Assembly: GCF_036588685.1 (NCBI RefSeq)
Contig: NC_086373.1
Coordinates: forward strand, 41,602,001 to 41,666,000
Direction: 5' to 3'
DNA from: Mytilus trossulus
Lineage: Eukaryota
DNA: 64,000 nucleotides
Shown here: piece by piece, positions 11,557 through 25,912 of the stretch
Position numbering within the stretch: the first letter of the stretch is position 1
Layout of the letters: each line of letters begins with the position of its first letter
The notes under the pieces: model-generated
Databases searched by the model: none
What the model was told of the DNA's origin: nothing
What the model saw: the letters and a program-made list of their open reading frames with translations, nothing else
Program-made: the position numbers and the translations under genes

Positions 11557-12716
11557 ATGATGACATTCCAGACCATTTTCGTTTTGATGGCATTGGCCAC
11601 AATAACAGCAGCAGGTAAGAAAAATATGCAATGTGATTTAGTCGAAATTTATAAACTGTATCAAATAAAAGTGTTTTCATTATAAAATTAAAAAAAAAAA
11701 ACACAGAATGTTAAGATATTTCCAAAACCGAACAGTCTCTGCAATGGCTTACAACAACGTTCTTTTGCTGAAAGTGTGTGGTTGTTTAATTTGCGATAAT
11801 AATTGATATTATTGTATTGTTAAATAAAAAAAAATCACCAGGATTTTTTCGTGGTTTTGGTAAAGTCAACACTAATTACTTTAGAAAATTTGTTATTCGT
11901 TGATTATTTGAATTCGTGGTTCTCCTGTACCCATGAAATGTACGAAAACTGGTATCCAACGAATATTAATGAATCCACAGTAATCAACTCATGAAAATCA
12001 CATAAATTGTTAGATATTCAATATTTACAGTATATGCACCCTCGGATAAGCATGCAATAGACAGACATGGAGTGGAGAAAGTTTTACTGGTCGAAAACAC
12101 AGTTGGTAGAAACATAAACAGGCGTCGTGGTGACGGATCTCTTTCTGTACTGGATGTTATTGATGCAAATAGACGAGCAGGATCAAGAAATGTTGGAACA
12201 TCTCATGGAATAGGCAGTGAGTTTATTAAACACGGGTCATCTTCCGGTAGAGGATTGTCTGGAGCTTCAGTTGGTGGCAGGACCTCTGTATCTGGAAGCA
12301 TTAGAGGCTCTTCAATTGGTTTGTCCCGTGCTTTATCTGACGATGATGATCATTTCACGTCTGGTAGCCGAATAGGTTCATCTGGTCTGGCTAGAAATTT
12401 GGATCTGTCAAGAAACTCTCATTTGGAAACTATTGGTAGTGGCCATGGAGTGTCTGGTCATTCAGGTGCAGATATTCTTGACGCAATCAGTTCTGGACGA
12501 GGTGGGCGTGTTGTACTGGACACTGTTTCTTCCAGACGTAGTGTATCAGCACGTACTTCAGGTTCAGGATTCGTTTCTCAGTCATTGATAGGAGGAAAAA
12601 CTGATTGCAAAAACGACTGTTTTAGTGATGGAGATTGTCCAACAAACAGATACTGTGCCACTGTTAATTGTCACAGAATTTGCAGAAGAAGACTGTCTAA
12701 TGGATACTCATCATGA
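11557..12716 (+). CDS. Gene B1, secreted Gly/Ser-rich 6-Cys WAP-like protein, 247 aa (exons 11557-11614, 12031-12716)
   Basis: MMTFQTIFVLMALATITAA + phase-1 GT-AG intron + VYAPSDKHAIDRHG...; open to TGA. Confidence 0.9.
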
Positions 12717-13379
12717 AAAGCCTATTACCGAAATCCAGACTATGAAACTTTTTTTATATCTTTTTTAAAATAAAATATTGCATTCAGGTTTTGTTATTGT
12801 ATAGATTTTTCGTTATTTTATCAAAAATATTGACAGAGTCATTTGTCAAATAAAACGTATCAGAAAAAAATATAACAGCATACAGTCATAATTACAAATA
12901 TGAATAAAGATAACAAAAGCATACAGCAATTGAAAAAAATGTTCGGTGATTTGTTTAAATTACAGTAATTTGTAACACACAAAAAAACATAACAAAAACA
13001 ATTAAAATACTTTTTTCGCCGAAGCAAAGACAATTCCTTGTCAAGTTCTACATTGATTGGAATTCTGAAATAGCTACAAACATTCTTATAATTTTTATGT
13101 TGGATACCTGCTGATAGCTAGAAAACACGGAAAACTAACGATTTTCGTTACAAAAACAGATTAAGGGAAATACATTATAATAGAAATCTTTGATTGTAAA
13201 AAGAGGTATACATGGAACCTGAATTATAACATAAAAAGTATGAGGAAATATTTAGGGTGTGAAAATTGTTAACCATGGTAACCTTGGGAAATAATATGTT
13301 TATTTATAAATTGTTATATGTATACATTCATATAATCGGTCCTTAATATAAAAAGACATATGAACTAATTTTTATCTAA

Positions 13380-13954
13380 CTATGTGATAAAGATTTCAAT
13401 CATTGTTGAAGGTAGTTCTGGTGCGTATAGTTGTAAGTTTGTATATACTGAAAAATTAATTAATGATTAATTTAGGAAAAAAAAGAAATTGTATTTTATT
13501 TTTATTGAACAATACAATGATTTCAAGTATTATCGCCAATAAAACAACTACACATTCTATGCAAAGGGAAGTTGTTGTAAGCAATTGTAAAGAAAATTAC
13601 TGAACTCCGAAAAATAAATAAAAACCGAAAGTCACTAATCAAATGGCAAACTAAAATGATAAGACACATCAAGCGAATGGAAGAGACTGTTCGGTTTTGC
13701 AAATATCAGCTGTTTAAAAGAACATTATCTAGTAGGACATTAAAATTTTATTTAAACACAGATCACACTTGTATTTGATACAGTTTATAAAATTTCGAGA
13801 AAATCACATTGAACATTTTTTTCTTACCAGCTGCTGTTATTGTGGTCAATGTCATCATAACGAAAATGGCTAAATACATTGAACATTTTTCTTACCGGCT
13901 TCTGTAATTGTGATCAATGCCATCAAAAGGAAAAATGGTCGGAAATCTCATCAT
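13380..13954 (-). pseudogene. Class C fragment (subtype C2), broken
   Basis: Signal exon 13954-13896 has a +1 frameshift; duplicated partial exon 13869-13828; acceptor at 13447 followed by only TATAT of exon 3; no exon 1 or TATA. Confidence 0.75.
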
Positions 13955-14835
13955 TTCTAAGTCTAAAATTTAGAGGAAAAATATCGATATTAATAAAATA
14001 GCAGTTCAAATAATTTAATACGAATTATGCAAATCGTGAAAATTAAGTTTCAATCTTTAAATGCAATATGACTTTACAATGAAATTAGGTTAACATTACA
14101 AATAAGAAAGTTACATACATGTAGATGTATATTCACGAATTAACACATGCAGAAAAAGGAACTTTCATAACTTTCATTGATTGTCAAGTATAAGTATAAT
14201 ATATATATTTACTTTTACAGTATTTAAACTTAAAAACAAACATTACTTCGAATGATTAATAACTTGAATATATCAAATATTTATTTCATTCCAAATTAAA
14301 TATTCAATTTGTTTTAAATCACTGTTAACATCAGTTGTGAAAATGAATTATACTTTGTAGCATTATTGTGTTACTGTATGTTAATTTAATTTACTGAGAT
14401 TAATACCAAAATATTGAAGTATGCATAACGCTTTAAACTTTAAAAATCTAATTTTCTTAATCTTTTATAACTTACATGTATATCCTATCTTTGTTACTAT
14501 GGCATTAATTATAGTTGTTATATCTTTCCTATTTATTTAAACCAAAAAACCAACACAGAAAACGAAGGATTTTCGTTACAAAAACAGATTAAGGGAAAGA
14601 TATTAGCATAGAAATCTTTGAATATAAAATGAGGTATACATGAAACCTGAATTATAACATAAAAAGTTTGCGAAAATTATTAACCATGTTATGACAATAA
14701 TACATCAGTGTTCTTATTTCCAAAAGAGGCACTCAGCATATACAATTAATGTGTGCATGAAGGGACAGCAACTTGCTAAAAACTGAATGTTTTTATTACC
14801 ACAATTAATTATGTTTAATTGGAAAACAAATATAT

Positions 14836-15755
14836 GATATAAAATAAGAAATATGCCTCTCTTTCAAGACTTTTTGTCCATGTAGTTTGATATAAAATAA
14901 GAAATATGTCTTTTCCAAGACTTTTTGTCCATGTAGTTTGATATAAAATAAGAAATATGTCTTTTTCAAGACTTTTTGTCCATGTAGTTTGATATAAAAT
15001 AAGAAATATGTCTTTTCCAAGACTTTTTGTCCATGTAGTTTGATATAAAATAAGAAATATGTCTTTTCCAAGACTTTTTGTCCATGTAGTTTGATATAAA
15101 ATAAGAAATATGTCTTTTCCAAGACTTTTTGTCCATGTAGTTTGATATAAAATAAGAAATATGTCTTTTCCAAGACTTTTTGTCCATGTAGTTTGATATA
15201 AAATAAGAAATATGTCTTTTCCAAGACTTTTTGTCCATGTAGTTTGATATAAAATAAGAAATATGTCTTTTCCAAGACTTTTTGTCCATGTAGTTTGATA
15301 TAAAATAAGAAATATGTCTTTTCCAAGACTTTTTGTCCATGTAGTTTGATATAAAATAAGAAATATGTCTTTTCCAAGACTTTTTGTCCATGTAGTTTGA
15401 TATAAAATAAGAAATATGTCTTTTCCAAGACTTTTTGTCCATGTAGTTTGATATAAAATAAGAAATATGTCTTTTCCAAGACTTTTTGTCCATGTAGTTT
15501 GATATAAAATAAGAAATATGTCTTTTCCAAGACTTTTTGTCCATGAAGTTTGATATAAAATAAGAAATATGTCTTTTCCAAGACTTTTTGTCCATGTAGT
15601 TTGATATAAAATAAGAAATATGTCTTTTCCAAGACTTTTTGTCAATGTAGTTTGATATAAAATAAGAAATATGTCTTTTCCAAGACTTTTTGTCCATGTA
15701 GTTTGATATAAAATAAGAAATATGTCTTTTCCAAGATTTTTTGTCCATGTAGTTT
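14836..15755. repeat. Minisatellite, 18 x 51 bp
   Basis: Unit gatataaaataagaaatatgtcttttccaagactttttgtccatgtagttt, near-identical copies, no spacers. Confidence 0.95.
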
Positions 15756-18626
15756 GGCATTATGGTAAGATCATCAATGATCAGAGGTGGTTATGATGGG
15801 TAAATATTAATAATAGGCCTCTGTAACAAAATACATCTCTGGATTGAGCTTTTGTATAAGTGTATTATAATAACGCTATATAAACGCATTCTTTGTGAAA
15901 CACACAAATTTGACACACAACTCACAATTGCACATGACCTGGTGTAAGATGGTCACAACTGTGAGCACAATAAGTTGCATTCATTCGCTATAAGTATTTA
16001 TGGGAAGATTAAAGCATTTTGTTAACACTTAAACAAAACATTATTTTTCAATAAGCTAAATAAAGAAAGTACAAATTTGCCCAACACTGCTTGTGCTCCT
16101 GGAACTTTAGGTGGTTTTGTAAGACTTTTTTTTATAAATCATAGAAGAAATGTGCTGTCTATTGATGAGTCCAGAGTTTGAATAATCGTTCGCTTAAACA
16201 TAATAACTGATAATGTAATCTATTTTTTAATCCTTTTTTCCGTCAGTCCTGATCATAACTAACAAACTTTAAAAACAGTTTGAGAGGAGTTTTGGCATAT
16301 GATTACCGACATATTCTGTATATTTTTGTTTCTGAAAACAATAGTAAGTTTTCATAGAAACAATTACGATAATCTTTTACTTACGATAACATAAAGATAC
16401 TAACAAGTAAACAATTTTAAGTGGACACATTTAAAGAAATTAACACATCAAAGGAACATAATAAGAACTGTACAATACTACATGCTTACAGGTCCTAGGA
16501 TACGATCTAGCATATCATAATCACATCATACAGAAATGAACCTAATGTGATTCTCCTCTTATTTGCGTTTATGCTGCTATCCAAAATCAAAATTGTTGAA
16601 ATTTTTTTATTGGAATCATTCAGAAATAGTTACAATCTTCTGCTTCTTCAAGTAAATCTCCCCAGAGATGGAGCACACTCTGCTTGCTGTGTCCAATTAC
16701 GGATTAGTTTTCAAAATGATGAATATATTAAAAAAGAAATTATTCCAAAGTTAAAATGATGAAAGGTAAGCCCAAAATGGAACATTGCACGTTCACAAAA
16801 TTAAATTACAGGAAAGTACATATCTATATTTACGACGCACTCAACGCACGTTGGCCAATATATAGTTTTTATATTAAAAGCACTGTCTAACTAAATAAAA
16901 TCTATGAATGGTGGCACTGATTTAAATTAGTGTCTGCTCCATGACAGTCTTGAAGATTGAATAAGAAACATTGCTTTTTTAGTGTTTGGTACAGTATTGT
17001 TGTCACTATAAACCACAGTTTAACATAGAACCCTATACAGAAAAACCAGAAACAGAAAACACAATCAAATCTATGAACGGTTGCATTGCACTGATTTAAA
17101 TTAGTGTCTCCTCCATGACAGTCTGGAACATGACATAAAAGACACTGCTCTTTCAGTGTTTGGTCCAGTTTTGCTGCCACTGTGCACTACATGTACAGTT
17201 CAACATAGAACCCTATGTGAGAAAACCAGGAACCTCTTTATGTCAGAAAAACTATCAAACCCCCAAACAAACTATCAACACTAATTTGTATATATCTTTT
17301 ATATATCTTTAAAGCCCGTTGATGGACGATCTTTTTTAATCTATGATAAGCATAACACATAATCTAAACTCTATTTATTGATATTGATCGATTGTTGTTT
17401 ACAGACTTCAGCTACAAATATAATTTTGTCTTCTTCAGTGAAATAAAATAAAAATGTATGTGTCATACATTGTACAATAAAATGATAGAGGCGTAACTTA
17501 ATTATGAAGAGCTATTCTTTTTTCATGATATGAAAGACTACATATTTGTGTTCAAACACATACAATGATGGATACTATGAAATTTCAATAAAAAAAGTGA
17601 TCGGGTCAGGTAAGGTAGTTATCAAACATGAGACCTATAAGAGTGCACAGGGAACACTTTTACCTGTCAAATTAATAAAGATATAAGATATGGAATGATT
17701 ACCGATAAAACAAATATCCATCATACACGTAACAATGTTGAAAGTTACAACTATACGCATCAGAATTACCTTCAACAATGATTGAAATCTATATCACATA
17801 GTTAGATAAAAAAATAGTTCATATGTCTTTTCATATTAAGGACCGACCATATGAATGCATACATATAAAAATTTACAAATAAATATATCATTTCCCAAGG
17901 TAAACATGGTTAATAATTTTCGCATACTTTTTATGTTATGATTCAGGTTTCATGTATACCTCAATTTATAATCAAAGATTTCTATGCTAATATCTTTCCC
18001 TTAATCTGTTTTTGTAACGAAAATCGTAAGTTTTCGGTGTTGGTTTTTTGGATTAAATAATTAGGAAAGATAAAACAAATAAAATTAATGCCATAGTAAC
18101 AAAGATGGGATATAAATGAAGTTATAAAAGATTAAGAAAATTGGATTTATAAAGTTTAAAGCGTTATGCATATTTCAATATTTTGGTATTGATCTCAGTA
18201 AATTAAACTAAGATACAGTGACAAAATACTGCTACAAAATATAATTAATTTTCATAACTGATGTCCACTGTGATTTAAAATTTTTTGAATATTTAATTTG
18301 GAATGAAATAATAAATTGAGATTTTCAAGTTATTAATCATTCGAATACATGTTTGTTTTTAAGTTTAAATACTGTAAAAGTAAATATATATATTATACTT
18401 GACAATCAATGAAATTGATGAAAGTTCCTTTTTCTGCATTTGTTAATTCGTGAATATACATTATATGTATCTTTCTTATTTGTGATGTGAACTTAATTTC
18501 TCTGTAAAATCATATTGCATTTAAAGATTGAAACTTAATTTTCACGATTTACATATTTCGTATTAAATTGTTTGACCTGCTATTTTGTTAATAACGATAT
18601 TTTGCCTCTAAATTTAAGACTTAGAA

Positions 18627-19152
18627 ATGATGAAATTTCCGACCATTTTCGTTTTGATTGCGTTGATAACAATAACAGTAGATGGTAAGAAAAGTGTTCA
18701 ATGTGTTTTTCTCGAAATTTATAAACTGTATCAAATAAAAGTGTGTTCAGTGTGTAAATAACATTTGAATGTCCTACTAGAGAATGTTCTTTAAAACAGC
18801 TGATTTTTGCAAAACCGAACAGTCTCTTCCATTCGCTTGATGTGTTTTATCATTTTAATTTGCCATTTGAATAGTGACTTTCGGTTTTGAATTTTCTTCG
18901 GAGTTCAGTACTTTTCTTTAGAATTGCTTACATCACCATCCCTTTGCGTAGAACGTATAGTTGTTTTATTGGAGATAACTCATGAAATCATTGTATTGTT
19001 CAATAAAAATAAATTACAATTTTTATTTTTTCTAAATTAATCATTAATTAATGTGTGAATATAACATAAATTGTCAGATCTTTAATTTAACAGTATATGC
19101 GTTAGATAGACAAACTTACATCTATATTCACCAGAATTACCTTCAACAATGA
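18627..19152 (+). pseudogene. Class C fragment (C1a) with intact 38-aa spliced micro-ORF (exons 18627-18684, 19094-19152)
   Basis: MMKFPTIFVLIALITITVD/VYALDRQTYIYIHQNYLQQ*; GT-AG intact; family promoter and exon 1 missing. Confidence 0.6.
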
Positions 19153-19834
19153 TTAAAATCTATATCACATAGTTAGATAGAAATACATTCATATGTCTTT
19201 TTATATTAAGGACCGACCATATGAATGTACACATATAACAATTTATAAATAAATATATTATTCCCCAAGGTAAATATGGTTAACAATTTTCGCAATTTAA
19301 ATATATCCTCATACTTTTTATGTAATAATTCAGGTTCCCTGTATATCTCTTTTTATAATCAAAGATTACAATTCTAATATCTGTCCCTTAATCTGTTTTT
19401 GTAACGAAAATTGTAAGTTTTCTGTGTTGTCTAGCAATCAGCACGTATCCAACGTAAAAATTATAAGAATGTTTGTAGTAATTTCAGAATTCCAATCAAT
19501 TTAGAATTTGACAGGGAATTATCTTTGCTTTGGCGAAGAAAATTTTTTTTTAATTGTTTTTGTTATGTTTTTTGTGTGTTACGAGTTACTGTAATTTAAA
19601 GATATAACCGAACATTTTTTCAATTGCTGTATGCTTTTTTGATCTTTATTCATATTTGTAATTATGACTGTATGCTGTTATATTTTTTCTGATACGTTTT
19701 TTTGACAAATGACTTTGTCAGTATTTTTGATAAAATAACGAAAAATCTATACAATAACAAAAGCTGAATGCAATATTTTATTTTAAAAAAGATATAAAAA
19801 AATGTTCATAGTCTGGATTTCAGTGATAGGCTTT

Positions 19835-21009
19835 TCATGATGAGTATCCATTTGAAAGTCTTCTTCTGCAAATTCTGTGACAATTAACAGTGGCACAGTA
19901 TCTGTTTGTTGCACAATCTCCATCACTAAAACAGTCGTTTTTGCAATCAGTTTTTCCTCCTATCACTGACTGAGAAACGAATCCTGAACCTGAGGTACGT
20001 GTTAATCCACTACGTCTTGCAGAAACAGTGTCTAGTACAACACGCCCACCTCGTCTAGAACTGATTGCGTCAAGAATATCTGCACCTGAATGACCAGACA
20101 CTCCATGGCCACTACCAATAGTTTTCAAATGAGAATTTCTTGACAGATCCAAATTTCTAGCCAGACCAGATGAACTAATTCGGCTACCAGACGTGAAATG
20201 ATCATCATCGTCAGATAAAGCACGGGACAAACCAATTGAAGAGCCTCTAATGCTTCCAGATACAGAGGTCCTTCCACCAACTGAAGCTCCAGACAATCCT
20301 CTACCGGAAGATGACCCGTGTGTAATAAACTCACTACCTATTCCATGAGATGTTCCAACATTTCTTGATCCTGCTCGTCTATTTGCATCAATAACATCCA
20401 GTACAGAAAGAGATCCGTCACCACGACGCCTGTTTATGTTTCTACCAACTGTGTTTTCGACCAATAAAACTTTCTCCACTCCATGTCTGTCTAATGCATG
20501 CGTATCCGAGGGTGCATATACTGAAAAAAAATGAATATCTGACAATTTATGTGATTTTCATGAGTTGATTAATTGGAAAAAAAATACTGGTGATTTTTTT
20601 TTATTAAACAATACAATAATATCAATTATTATCGCCAATAAAACAACTACACAATTTTAGCAAAAGAACGTTGTTGTAAGGCATTGCAGAGACTGTTCGG
20701 TTTCGGAAATATTTTAACATTCTCTGTTATTTTTTTTTAAATGTTATCTATCACAAGGAAAAAGTAAAATCACAATAAAACTGAACTCAGAGGAAAATCA
20801 ATTAGGAAAGTCTATAATCACATGGCAAAATCAAATAACAAAACGCATCAAAAACGAATGGACAAGAACTGTCATATTCCTGACATAGGAAACACCTTTA
20901 TTTGATACAGTTTACATATTTCGACTAAAACACATTGAACATTTTTCTTACCGGCTGCTGTTATTGTGGCCAATGCAATCAAAACGAAAATGGTCTGGAA
21001 TGTCATCAT
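19835..21009 (-). CDS. Gene B2, secreted Gly/Ser-rich 6-Cys WAP-like protein, 247 aa (exons 21009-20952, 20520-19835)
   Basis: MMTFQTIFVLIALATITAA/VYAPSDTHALDRHG...; canonical splice sites; open frame. Confidence 0.9.
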
Positions 21010-21624
21010 TCAAGTCTGAAATTTAGAGGAAAAATATCGTTACTTACAAAATAGCAGTTCAAATAATTTAATAACGAATTATGTAAATTGTGGAAATAAA
21101 GTTTCAATTTAGAAAATTAATGCAATATGATTCAACAGAGAAATAAGTTCACATTACAAATTAGAAAGATACATAGGATTTATATTCACATTTTACAAAT
21201 GCAGAAAAAGGAACTTGCATAACTTGCATTGATTGTCACGTATAAGTATAAGATAAACATATATCTTAACAGTATTCAAACATAAGAACCAAATATTACT
21301 TCGAATGATTAATAACTTGAATATCTCCATTATTTATTCCATTCCGAATTAAACGTCTGATAGATTTTAAAACACAGTAAATATTAGTTATGAGAATAAA
21401 TTATACTTTGAAGTAGTATTGTGCAATTGAATCTAAATTCAAATTGCTGAGATCAAAACCAAAATATTGAACTATGCATCACGCTTAAAACTGTATAAAT
21501 ACAATTTTCTAAATCTTTTATTACTAATTTCATATGTTTTTTACTATGGCATTAATTTTAATTGTTATATCTTTTCTATTTATTTATACCAAATAGTTAT
21601 GATTCTTCTTTTATAATTTCTTAC

Positions 21625-21940
21625 CTTTGTTTGGATCAATTTGAATTGTTTCGAATGAATAATGTTAACTGCCTCAAACTCGCTCTTTTATACCGTTCGT
21701 TTTCAATTATATTGTTTATAATACACATGAACACAAGGAAAGTTTAAAGTTAACCGCAAATGATGAATTCATTGTTTATATGTGCATTTTTAAATGTCAC
21801 ACTGTCGTAGTACTAAGGAATTGCAATATATGTTCACAGAAATATTCTCAGGGTCAAAAACACATTTTGTTTCCTCGTACAATCGACATAGTTTTCGTTA
21901 CGTCATAATACATGTACGTGTTATGAAATATTGCTTTGAC
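21625..21940 (-). promoter_or_regulatory. B2 proximal promoter and non-coding exon 1
   Basis: TATAAAAG 21692-21685, donor after 21625, TGCGGTT 21758-21752. Confidence 0.65.
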
Positions 21941-23375
21941 CTATTATTAATGTTTGCAAATAAATTGATGGTATGTTTAGTAATAACCAGAGACTTGAAC
22001 AATACGAAACAAATAAAAATAAACTGAAGTCTTTTATTTCCTTTTAAACAATATTAGTATTTCTTTGAATTATTTGGAAAACCACTCTTAAAGGTTAACT
22101 GGTTATCGTTGGAAAACTCTTCTATTTTTTTTCAGAATTTTAAACATATACACAATACTAGCGGTTTGTTTGCTAACGTGTTACTAGTATTAAATAAACT
22201 GGAGTCTATAACATATAAGTAACAAATTTTGAAGGAAAACTAAGAATTAAAACAAAGTTGTGTCAAATCTGGGCACCGTCAGTTTTATCTTGGGTTAAAA
22301 AAAAGAATATGTCCTTTTTTGTTGCCTCTTGACATTTTTTCCTGAAATGTAAAATTTCAGACAATTATCTTTTATTTTAACTTAAGTTTTGAGATGTAAA
22401 AATGCCTTGTTCTTTCGTTCCGTATTAACATTTTGTGTTATATTTATTTTTTCAGGCGGACAAAACTTCTCTTAAGTCCCTAATCCCATTGAAAAATCAA
22501 AAGCTCATACGCATTAAACAGAGGGATATCAAATGGTATATTCCTGACTTGGTACAAGCATTTTCTTTTGCAGAAACTGATGGATTAAACCTTGTTGCAT
22601 AGCTGGCTAAACCTTTCACTTGTATGACAGTTGCATCAAATTCCATTATATTGATGTGTGAACAAACCAATGAGATATCATAGGTAAAAATATCAGAAAA
22701 AAGTTGTGTTATAATGTTAATCGATATAAAACAAGTAAATATGTAGTTTACAAGCACAAACGTGATATAGACAAAGCACATAAGCAAAAATGAAAGACAA
22801 GAAAACACAAATTTACATTATCAAATCTAAAGTTAAAGGTAGTTCTTGTATCTTTACAATTTTTTGAGAAGCTATTGTTTAAAGTCTGCCTCATATATAT
22901 AAATAAAGAGCCCAGTCAGAGGTCAAATGGCTTCCATTCGATTGGCAATCACAAATAAAAAAAGGGAGATAGATCACAATTATTTTGAAAAAGCCAAAAT
23001 TATATAAAATAAAAAAAAGCCTAAATGAAAAATAATCTTCTTTGAGCAAGATGTTAAACCTATTTATGTACTTTGGTTTACAATAACACTTCCAAGAACT
23101 CAAATCACACGCTTACACCGTTTTATCTACCTGAATGCATATGGATTTAAAATTTCTGTTGAAGTAACATCGAAAAAATGGAATGCACTATTAATCTTTT
23201 ATGCATCAGTGTTGTGTATTCCATAATTGTTAGCCTGGCGTTCTTTTCAAATCAGTGTAAAACAAACAGTTTGCATACTAAATATGTATATGGTGTTTAA
23301 AACAGTTATTTGTAGTGCTAACCAATAAAATTGAACCAGGTCTAAAGCAATTGCATTATCATTGATATATATTAT

Positions 23376-23816
23376 AGGTGGCACGGTAGTATTTCATGGC
23401 ACGTTAGCCATAATGATGGCCTTTTTAGAATTTGCACTACTTTTTAACACTGCAAAACATTCTACATTCACACTTAACTAAATAAATTTCAATTTACTAT
23501 TCAGAAATGAATATGAAATAGTATCATGACCGTTCACTTTTTTTGCTGTTTTTAAAAACCTAAGGCCTCTAGTGCTTTCGGGTCTTTTTATCATCCAGTG
23601 AATGCACAATTTGAAAAAAATCTTAAAAATTCATTTTCATCTGTTTGTAAAATTATTTCATATTTTTCTTCACCTGATTCATTCCTCAGTTTGGGAAAGT
23701 GTGTTCAGTTGATACTGTTTTTTTCGGTCTAATCACACTTTTCAGATACTTTGACTTAGGTAGGGTACACAAAAGAGCAACCTAAATTCTGGAATGCAAA
23801 TACAACCGTGCCACCT
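23376..23816. mobile_element. Old MITE (AGGTGGCACGG TIR), spacer 2 copy
   Basis: TIRs at both ends; homologous to 8875-9325. Confidence 0.7.
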
Positions 23817-24276
23817 TATAGAGATACATGAGAAATTAAATAGATATTTGGTTTTTTTTTTAAATCGGAGTTTACATAGGAGTTTTTATATTTTGAGTAT
23901 TTTCAGTTTCCGTTATATTCAATCTGTGTTTGTAGTTTCTATATTAAAAAAGTCAATCATCTTTCAATACATGCAATAGTACAAATAGTCAGTGCAAGCA
24001 GTTTTTGTGTCATTATTAAGTTAAATCTTCTCAGATTAGTTTTTATTTTAAATTCCGCGATGCCTTTTAGTGTTTTTTTCTCTCTATGAAAATAAAAAAA
24101 AGTAAACAATTCTATCATGTTACCAAAAGTTACCCAATAGCCAAAATATATTGCGAAATTCAAACAAATTTAAGAGCTGATTTATATGTAGATTATATAT
24201 TAACAACACTTATGAGTATTAATGTTTTGGAACTTAGAGCCTTACACAGTGATGTGAATTTCTTTTCAAGTTTTAG

Positions 24277-24858
24277 ATTGGTGATAACATTCATAATAAA
24301 CAATTGGTGATAACATTCATAATGAACAATTGGTGATAACATTCATAATGAACAATTGGTAATAACATGCATAATGAACAATTGGTGATAACATTCATAA
24401 TGAACAATTGGTAATAACACACATAATGAACAATTGGTAATAACATTCATAATGAACAATTGGTGATAACATTCATAATGAACAATTGGTGATAACATTC
24501 ATAAACATTCATAATGAACAATTGGTGATAACATTCATTATGAACAATTGGTGATAACATTCATAATGAACAATTGGTGATAGCATTCATAATGAACAAT
24601 TGGTGATAACATTCATTATGAACAATTGGTGATAACATTCATAATGAACAATTGGTGATAACATTCATAATGAACAATTGGTGATAACATTCATAATGAA
24701 CAATTGGTGATAACATTCATAATGAACAATTGGTGATAACATTCATAATGAACAATTGGTGATAACATTCATAATGAACAATTGGTGATAACATTCATAA
24801 TAAACAATTGGTGATAACATTCATAATAAACAATTGGTGATAACATGCATAATGAACA
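24277..24858 (+). repeat. 26-bp promoter VNTR, ~22 copies
   Basis: Unit attggtgataacattcataatgaaca; one partial unit near 24500. Confidence 0.95.
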
Positions 24859-25196
24859 ATCATAACAATGACGGAGCATGAGGAGGAGATATGCAAGATA
24901 CATCAAAACTATTTTTTTTTAAATTGTTCAATAGTTTGTTTTCAAAGAAGGATGGTTCTCGTCCTTTTTGTAAGCATAAACTGAAGCAGTGTTAAATAAG
25001 ATACGTTTTAGCAATTACTGTGTTTAAATTAAAAAAAACATTCGAACAAAATATCAAGCAGTGCTTTTCAAGTAATTTTATTTTAAAAGATTTTAACGAG
25101 GAAATAAAAGGCTTTCGGATTGTTTTTGTTAAAAATGTACAAGTCTCTGATTACAACGAAATTAATAACTTGCAATTCTAATCACACTGTTGATCA

Positions 25197-25515
25197 GTCA
25201 AAATAATATTTCGTAATAACTACGTGTATTATGACATAATGCCAAATGTGTGTGTAGTAGGAAGAAAACGAAATAACCCTGAGTACAGTTCTTTTTTTTT
25301 AAATAAGCATAATCCAAGACTGCAAAGTAAAATGACATTGTGACATTTAAAAGTTTGAACCATAATTTACAAATTCATCATTTGCGGTTGATATACAAAT
25401 TTCCTTGTGTGTATGTCAACTATTAGAAAAAAATAATTGAATACGGTATAAAAGAACGATTCTGAAGTAATACAACAATATTCATTACAAACTATTCTTA
25501 TTGTTTTATACTAAG
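25197..25515 (+). promoter_or_regulatory. A3 proximal promoter and non-coding exon 1
   Basis: TGCGGTT 25383-25389, TATAAAAG 25447-25454, donor AAG/GTAGG after 25515. Confidence 0.65.
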
Positions 25516-25912
25516 GTAGGAAATATACATATTTATTAAAAATAAAAATGTTAGATACACATAGCAATAACTATGAAAATTTAACACATATAACACAGAT
25601 AAGTAAGAAATAATTTATTGAGGAATTAAAAAAAGGCATCAAAAAATGTATACATACTATGTGGTACACATATTTCAATTCTAACTCAATTTTCTGGATG
25701 TTAAAAATTGCATTTAAAGTGGAAGGAAGCAAATGAAGATTTGTAAGAAAAGAGCATTGTAAAACTTAATTAAGTTTGATTTTTCAAAATTATTGCCTGC
25801 TTTACTCAACGATTCATTCTTTCTTTAAGTAATTGAAAATCAAGAGACACATGCACATCTTAACTCCAGTAACGTAAAACATTAATTCTGTTGTTTTTCA
25901 GATATTATAAAG

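Noticed and set aside
11557-12716. Naming the family as perlwapin, lustrin, crustin or a mussel foot protein
   Set aside because: Only architectural resemblance: a single 6-Cys module, no lustrin Cys/Pro repeats, no crustin Cys-rich region, and few Tyr/Lys; no symbol assigned without a search
14805-15760. Three overlapping 264-276 aa ORFs on the minus strand
   Set aside because: By-product of a 51-bp (3n) stop-free tandem unit; the paralogous site has a single unit
21794-22027. 76-77 aa ORF MSHCRSTKELQ... present in all four spacers
   Set aside because: Lies antisense over the class B promoter; conservation is explained by segment duplication and promoter constraint; no recognisable protein features
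24277-24858. CRISPR-like appearance of the 26-bp, 51-bp and 66-bp arrays
   Set aside because: Units are head-to-tail with no unique spacers, there are no cas genes, and the context is eukaryotic with spliceosomal introns
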